Assembly: GCA_029210565.1 (NCBI GenBank)
Contig: JARGFQ010000005.1
Location: 675 to 64,674 of the forward strand
DNA from: Bacteroidales bacterium
GTDB lineage: Bacteria; Bacteroidota; Bacteroidia; Bacteroidales; VadinHA17
Length of the DNA stretch: 64,000 nt
Reading direction: 5' to 3'
The notes below the pieces were generated by a model. That model was not told where the DNA came from, did no database searches, and saw nothing but the letters and a program-made list of their open reading frames with translations. Made by a program: the position numbers and the translations under genes. Position 1 is the first letter of the stretch. Each line of letters begins with the position of its first letter. Shown here piece by piece: positions 59,070 through 64,000 of this stretch.

Positions 59070-59152
59070 CCTTGGAGCTTTTGTAAGTATCAGATATATA
59101 ACTTAATACTAAAAAATCGCTGGTCTCCTGCAGAAAATGGCAGTTTGTGTGC

Positions 59153-59160
59153 TATTTTTG
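59153..59160 (+). promoter_or_regulatory. Candidate -7 box (TATTTTTG) for ftsX, embedded in the palindrome TTTGTGT-N10-ACACAAA
   Basis: It matches TAnnTTTG and lies 17 nt upstream of the GTG start at 59177. Confidence 0.35.
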
Positions 59161-59176
59161 ACACAAAGTTTTTACA

Positions 59177-60055
59177 GTGACAAAATCAGCCGGAGGAATA
59201 TCCAGGTACAGGTTGGGCAGTTCCTATGTGACACTTGTTGTTAGCGTGTCACTGGTGCTATTTCTGCTCGGCATCCTGGGCATGGTACTGATAAATGCAC
59301 GGCAGCTTTCAGACTATTTCCGTGAGAGTCTGTCATTTACAATAATGCTGAAGGAGGATGCCAGGGAGGCCGACATCAGGATGCTTCAGAAGGAGCTGGA
59401 TGCCAGGCCGTATGTCAAGCAGACAGAATATGTCTCAAAGGATGAGGCTGCCATCAAGCTGACGGAGGAGCTGGGAGAAGATTTCCTTGACTTCCTGGGA
59501 TATAATCCCCTGATGCCTACGATAGATGTGTACCTTCTTGCCGATTACACCCATCCTGACAGTGTGATAAAGCTTGAAAAGGCCATAACTGAGTATCCTG
59601 TTGTTGATGAAGTATACTACCAGGAGTCTATTCTTAACCTGATCAATGACAACGTCAGGAAGATAACTCTCTTTCTTCTCATTATTAGCGCATTGCTGTT
59701 CCTGATAGCAATGACGATCATCAACAATACCATAAGACTCTCAATCTATTCCAAGAGATTCCTGATCAATACCATGCAGCTGATCGGGGCTAACAGATCG
59801 TTCATCAGGAAGCCATTTATCTTCCGGAGCCTGTTCTTCGGGTTCCTGGCAGCACTGATAGCCATAGGACTGCTTATGGGCCTTATGTATCTGATAGAAA
59901 AGGAGTTCTTTACACTGTTCACCTATGAGAATATCAATCTTTTCCTGTTGCTCTGCCTGGCGCTGGCAGTTGCGGGTGTGGTTATTAATGCGGTTTCCAC
60001 CTTTTTTGCGGTCAACAGGTATCTGGGCATACACGAGGATAAATTATATTATTAG
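59177..60055 (+). CDS. ftsX: Cell division permease-like protein FtsX
   Basis: It has a GTG start, TM1, an extracytoplasmic domain, then 3 C-terminal TMs (the FtsX/MacB-type topology). It occupies the conserved position before DUF3098/uppP. Confidence 0.8.
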   Translation: MTKSAGGISRYRLGSSYVTLVVSVSLVLFLLGILGMVLINARQLSDYFRESLSFTIMLKEDAREADIRMLQKELDARPYVKQTEYVSKDEAAIKLTEELGEDFLDFLGYNPLMPTIDVYLLADYTHPDSVIKLEKAITEYPVVDEVYYQESILNLINDNVRKITLFLLIISALLFLIAMTIINNTIRLSIYSKRFLINTMQLIGANRSFIRKPFIFRSLFFGFLAALIAIGLLMGLMYLIEKEFFTLFTYENINLFLLLCLALAVAGVVINAVSTFFAVNRYLGIHEDKLYY

Positions 60056-60060
60056 AAAAT

Positions 60061-60309
60061 ATGGTTGCTAAAAAAGAAGATGACAAAAAACCCGGGTTTG
60101 CCCTGGGCAGGGAGAACTACAAGCTGATGGCCATCGGATTTGGTGTCATTATTTTGGGGTTCATTCTCATGGCCGGAGGGCGGTCTGATGATCCGACAGT
60201 TTTCTCAGAGGATATATTCAGCTTCAGGAGGATAACCCTTGCTCCGCTGATTGTCCTTGCCGGGTTTGTTTTCGAGATATATGCGATTATGAAAAGGCCC
60301 AGGGAGTAG
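60061..60309 (+). CDS. DUF3098-type small membrane protein
   Basis: The protein is 82 aa with two TMs and lies between ftsX and uppP, as is typical in Bacteroidota. Confidence 0.65.
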   Translation: MVAKKEDDKKPGFALGRENYKLMAIGFGVIILGFILMAGGRSDDPTVFSEDIFSFRRITLAPLIVLAGFVFEIYAIMKRPRE

Positions 60310-60342
60310 TATTAATAATTACACGGATTACGGGAAGAAGGA

Positions 60343-61119
60343 ATGAATTGGTACGAAGCCCTGATTTTTGGTCTGGTACAGGGACTGACTGAGTTTTTGC
60401 CGGTCAGCAGTGACGGGCACCTTGAGATAGTAAAATATGTTTTCGGTGGAATAGAGGAGAGCTTCCTCTTTTCTGTCGTGGTTCACGGTGCAACAGTGTT
60501 GAGTATAATAGCAGTTTTCTGGAAGGAGATCATTAAACTTCTGAAGGGGGTCTTCAGGTTCACGATGAACGAGGAGATGGTATACGCGCTCAAGATTTTA
60601 GTTTCGATGATACCTGTGGCAATTGTGGGGTTCACACTGAGAGATGAGGTTGAAACGCTCTTCATTGCCGATATGGACATCACCGGGTCATTTCTCCTGG
60701 TGACAGCACTGTTCCTTGCTCTCGGGCATTTTGTAAGGAAGAGGGAGAAGCCGATAACCTACGGGGGAGCTTTCGTCATGGGAATAGCGCAGGCCCTCGC
60801 CGTGCTTCCCGGATGGTCAAGATCGGGCTCGACCATTGCAACCGGACTGATGCTTGGGAACAGCAAGAATGAGCTGGCGCGATTCTCCTTCCTGATGGTC
60901 ATTGTCCCGATAATAGGGGCCAATTTTGTACAGGTCATCACAACGGAAAGCGCTGCTGTAGATGTGGTTCTTTTCCCGCTGATAATCTCTTTCATTGCTG
61001 CTTTTGTGTCAGGCTACATCGCCTGCCGATGGATGATAAACATAGTCCGAAAGGGCAAGCTGGGCTGGTTCGCCCTCTATTGCCTCGCTGTAGGGCTGTC
61101 ACTTATAATTTTTGCCTGA
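60343..61119 (+). CDS. uppP: Undecaprenyl-diphosphate phosphatase
   Basis: BacA/UppP motifs are present: GLVQGLTEFLPVSSDGHL and PGWSRSGSTI. Confidence 0.9.
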   Translation: MNWYEALIFGLVQGLTEFLPVSSDGHLEIVKYVFGGIEESFLFSVVVHGATVLSIIAVFWKEIIKLLKGVFRFTMNEEMVYALKILVSMIPVAIVGFTLRDEVETLFIADMDITGSFLLVTALFLALGHFVRKREKPITYGGAFVMGIAQALAVLPGWSRSGSTIATGLMLGNSKNELARFSFLMVIVPIIGANFVQVITTESAAVDVVLFPLIISFIAAFVSGYIACRWMINIVRKGKLGWFALYCLAVGLSLIIFA

Positions 61120-61121
61120 GG

Positions 61122-61844
61122 GTGCTGAAGAACTGTGCGGATTTTGAGGAGGGTGAGGTACTGCTGCTGCAAAAGCCGCTTTACTGGACCTCCTTTGACC
61201 TGGTGAAGAAGGTGAAGTATGCGATAAGGCATCACTGCGGACTGAAGAAGCTGAAGGTAGGTCATGCCGGGACGCTGGATCCGCTGGCAACAGGACTGAT
61301 GATAGTCTGTACGGGCAGGGCGACAAAGAGGATTGAGGAGTTCAGAAACATGGACAAGGAGTATACGGCGTTGATAAGGTTCGGTCAGACGACACCGTCG
61401 TTTGACCTGGAGAGTGAGGTCGACAGGGAGTATCCGGCAGATCATATTACTGCCGGGATGATTGAAGACAGGCTGAAAGAGTTTCTCGGCGAGCAGGATC
61501 AGGAGCCTCCTCTTTTTTCGGCGAAGTTCATCGACGGCAAGAGGGCTTATGTGCTGGCGAGAAAAAAGATCGACAAAAAGCTGGACAAGGTGAAGGTGCA
61601 GTTCCATGAGCTCAGGCTGCTTGATTTCAGCGAGAGAGAGGCACGGATACGGATCGTCTGCAGCAAGGGCACTTATGTCAGGGCTTTTGCACGTGACCTA
61701 GGTGCGGCACTGGGGAGCGGGGCTCACCTGGCACGACTTGTCCGTGACGCAATAGGCGAATTTCGCAATGAAAAGGCACTGACGGTAGAAGAATTGCAAT
61801 TTTTTCTTGAGAATTTGAAACAAAAACGAAATTCATTCGTATAA
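61122..61844 (+). CDS. truB: tRNA pseudouridine(55) synthase
   Basis: The catalytic Asp motif is [16 protein letters not shown] start at 61122, just after the uppP stop, is preferred over the ORF-track start at 61029, which lies inside uppP. Confidence 0.85.
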   Translation: MLKNCADFEEGEVLLLQKPLYWTSFDLVKKVKYAIRHHCGLKKLKVGHAGTLDPLATGLMIVCTGRATKRIEEFRNMDKEYTALIRFGQTTPSFDLESEVDREYPADHITAGMIEDRLKEFLGEQDQEPPLFSAKFIDGKRAYVLARKKIDKKLDKVKVQFHELRLLDFSEREARIRIVCSKGTYVRAFARDLGAALGSGAHLARLVRDAIGEFRNEKALTVEELQFFLENLKQKRNSFV

Positions 61845-61872
61845 ATATTCTTGCACTAATCGGAAATGGATC

Positions 61873-62922
61873 ATGAAACTATCTCAGTTTAAGTACACCC
61901 TGCCCCAGGAGCTGATTGCACTTTATCCCTCAAAAAACAGGGACGAATCGAGGTTGATGGTTGTGCATCGTGACACCGGAGAGGTTGAACATAAGGTATT
62001 TAAGGACATCGTAGGGTATTTCAGGGAGCATGATGTGCTGGTATTCAACAATACCAAGGTTTTCCCTGCCAGGCTTTATGGCAACAAGGAAAAGACAGGA
62101 GCCGAGATAGAAGTTTTCCTGTTGAGGGAGCTGAACCGTGAACAGAGACTGTGGGATGTGCTTGTTGACCCGGCAAGGAAGATCCGGATAGGCAACAAAC
62201 TTTACTTTGGTGAGGACGATATGCTGGTTGCGGAGGTGATTGACAACACCACCTCCCGGGGCAGGACACTGAGATTTTTATTTGACGGCACATATGAGGA
62301 GTTCAAGCAGACCCTCTATTCCCTGGGAGAGACCCCCCTGCCAAGGTTTATCAACAGGCCTGTGGAGCCCGAGGACAACGACAGGTACCAGACAATCTTT
62401 GCCAAGCATGAGGGTGCGGTGGCTGCGCCGACGGCAGGACTGCATTTCAGCAGGGAGTTGCTCAAGAGACTGGAGATACTGGGGGTGGAATTTGCAGAGA
62501 TAACACTTCACGTAGGACTGGGAAATTTCCGGAACGTCGATGTTGAAGATCTGACCAAGCATAAGGTTGACTCTGAAAGGATTATAATCTCCGAAGGTGC
62601 CGCCGGGACCATCAACAATGCCAGGGATCGCAGGAACAGGGTCTGTGCTGTTGGCACAACGGTCATACGAACGCTTGAAAGTTCAGTCTCAACCTCCGGC
62701 ATGGTCAAGCCGTTCAACGGCTGGACAAACAAGTTCATCTTCCCGCCTTATGAGTTCAAGGTTCCCGACATGCTTGTGAGCAATTTCCATCTTCCCTATT
62801 CGACGCTGCTGATGATGGTTTCCGCATTTGCCGGCTACAATCTGACATTTGAAGCCTACCGCACAGCCGTTAAGGAGAAATATCGCTTCGGAACCTACGG
62901 TGATGCAATGCTAATTCTTTAG
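61873..62922 (+). CDS. queA: S-adenosylmethionine:tRNA ribosyltransferase-isomerase
   Basis: The N-terminus is [19 protein letters not shown], with the blocks AAPTAGLHF and [12 protein letters not shown]. Confidence 0.9.
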   Translation: MKLSQFKYTLPQELIALYPSKNRDESRLMVVHRDTGEVEHKVFKDIVGYFREHDVLVFNNTKVFPARLYGNKEKTGAEIEVFLLRELNREQRLWDVLVDPARKIRIGNKLYFGEDDMLVAEVIDNTTSRGRTLRFLFDGTYEEFKQTLYSLGETPLPRFINRPVEPEDNDRYQTIFAKHEGAVAAPTAGLHFSRELLKRLEILGVEFAEITLHVGLGNFRNVDVEDLTKHKVDSERIIISEGAAGTINNARDRRNRVCAVGTTVIRTLESSVSTSGMVKPFNGWTNKFIFPPYEFKVPDMLVSNFHLPYSTLLMMVSAFAGYNLTFEAYRTAVKEKYRFGTYGDAMLIL

Positions 62923-62971
62923 TTTTCAGCACTGATACATGTTGATAAACATTTACCAATGTGAATAAATC

Positions 62972-63002
62972 GTGCCGGCACCGGTTGCCGGCACTTTTTT
63001 TT
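62972..63002 (+). terminator. Rho-independent terminator after queA
   Basis: GTGCCGGCA (62972..62980) pairs with TGCCGGCAC (62986..62994) across a 5-nt loop, followed by T8. Confidence 0.85.
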
Positions 63003-63129
63003 GTTGGACCTTCACGTTTCAGAGATACAATTTCTCCTACAATGAAGTAACCATTTCAGCGTTTCTTAGTATAAGTAATAAGTGTCAGGCAGCAGTTGGA
63101 GGCCACAAATAGTACACTGTAGAATGTTT

Positions 63130-64000
63130 ATGAGACACAGAAAGGCAATACTGCCATCGCTGGTGGTTATTTTTAGTTTGTTTTTTGCCGAAACTGCATC
63201 ACCTCAGTGCGGAGCGGGAAAGATTTCCCAAACGGTACAGGGTTTTGGTTCAATACTGGTGGTGGATAACTCATCTGCCTCCAGTGGACTTAATGCCCTG
63301 GGATCATCTGATGGCAGTGGAGCAATTTTTGCATCACCATGGCAGTATCTAATTATAGACCTTATCGATACCGTAAGAGCAGGACAGTCATATTCGATTA
63401 TCTGGAGGCAGTCCCCGGGACAGAACGGTTCATCAGTTCTGAACTGGAGTGAATCTCTTGACGGATCCACCTTCGTCGTTCATCCCTCCAGTGGTATCCC
63501 AACCACAGAAGAATCATATTTTTCCACGGATATAGTTGCTTCAACAGATACACGATTTTTAAGACTATTCAGTAATTCACCCCGCGATTTGAGTATTGAC
63601 GCCGTCATTTACTCCACCAACAGGTGCTATTCAGATCTCTGCGGTCCGGGATATTCCTCAAGGCTGCTGTCAGGAAATGCATTACCGGTGGCTTCGATTG
63701 ATCAGAGCGGTGTTTCAGATTATACCTATCTCTCCGGTGTGCCTGACGGGCGAGGGGCATTACTCAACAGTAGTGATGACTGGGTTATAATTTATCTTCC
63801 CCACACAATTCCGGCCGGACAGCAATATTACATTATCTGGAGGCCTATTGACGTAATCGGAGTCGCTTCTTCCGTTCTATCTGTAGAGGAATCAGACGGC
63901 ACCGGATGGGGAACATCCAAAAAACTCACGCCGTATGTTGGAGAATCCCCGATTTTTCTGACTGAAATTGTAACTGCATCTCAAAACACTAATCAGATAA
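63130..64000 (+). CDS. Secreted protein of unknown function with two internal ~150-aa repeats; partial, runs off the right edge
   Basis: Hand translation is open from the ATG at 63130 (or 63124) to 64000: MRHRKAILPSLVVIFSLFFAETASPQCGAG.... The repeated block is DGSGAIFASPWQYLIIDLIDTVRAGQSYSIIWRQ vs DGRGALLNSSDDWVIIYLPHTIPAGQQYYIIWRP. It is absent from the ORF track because there is no stop in the window. Confidence 0.65.
   Translation, partial: MRHRKAILPSLVVIFSLFFAETASPQCGAGKISQTVQGFGSILVVDNSSASSGLNALGSSDGSGAIFASPWQYLIIDLIDTVRAGQSYSIIWRQSPGQNGSSVLNWSESLDGSTFVVHPSSGIPTTEESYFSTDIVASTDTRFLRLFSNSPRDLSIDAVIYSTNRCYSDLCGPGYSSRLLSGNALPVASIDQSGVSDYTYLSGVPDGRGALLNSSDDWVIIYLPHTIPAGQQYYIIWRPIDVIGVASSVLSVEESDGTGWGTSKKLTPYVGESPIFLTEIVTASQNTNQI

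Noticed and set aside
1-64000. Search for tRNA, rRNA, transposase, integrase, restriction-modification, toxin-antitoxin or known phage-defence genes
   Set aside because: I saw no cloverleaf-like or rRNA-like sequence in the intergenic regions I read, and no ORF with DDE/tyrosine-recombinase, methyltransferase, helicase-nuclease or similar motifs. The window looks like core chromosome rather than a mobile island.

Overview
This is a roughly 50% GC chromosomal segment that looks Bacteroidota-derived. Supporting signs are type-A and type-B T9SS C-terminal sorting domains, many SpII lipoprotein signals, TAnnTTTG-type -7 boxes, and ftsX-DUF3098-uppP-truB-queA synteny at the right end. All family calls come from reading motifs in the supplied translations and from hand translation; no database search was run. 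I call about 46 protein-coding genes and 2 probable pseudogenes, plus several repeats, candidate regulatory sites and one clear intrinsic terminator. I found no rRNA, tRNA, CRISPR array, transposase, integrase or recognisable phage/defence gene. Content from left to right: (1) a decaying left edge with an M1 peptidase remnant and an amber-interrupted lipoprotein, plus an odd Met/His/Cys-rich repeat protein; (2) 5'-nucleotidase, HAD phosphatase and saccharopine-dehydrogenase-family genes; (3) a T9SS type-B adhesin; (4) gdhA bracketed by two giant paralogous receiver + PEP/pyruvate-binding (ATP-grasp) proteins, one carrying four GAF-like sensor modules; (5) a lipid-centred stretch, consisting of an acyltransferase / CDP-alcohol phosphatidyltransferase / GNAT-like operon, then GH20 / GH30 glucosylceramidase-like / DAGK-type lipid kinase, then a cdsA / TauE-like / PgsA-like operon; (6) nhaA, a 2H phosphoesterase, and GH106-like and GH28 genes; (7) an Fnr-like regulator with a perfect TTGAT-N4-ATCAA box facing an operon of expanded DUF4212, SSS symporter, TPR protein and porin, which converges on a Cache-PAS-CBS-DUF294 nucleotidyltransferase + metallophosphoesterase pair; (8) housekeeping genes (M16 peptidase, dNK, GH3-family, recO, rdgB, PorZ-like, ilvE, ftsX...queA) interleaved with two paralogous class III cyclase-HD proteins. 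The best candidates for something undescribed are the gdhA-linked REC/ATP-grasp paralogue pair, a 74-nt hairpin element present twice with a compensatory base-pair change and identical spacing to two start codons, ATCTGA motif arrays shared by the promoters of the two lipid operons, and the Fnr / SSS / DUF294 / phosphoesterase module.
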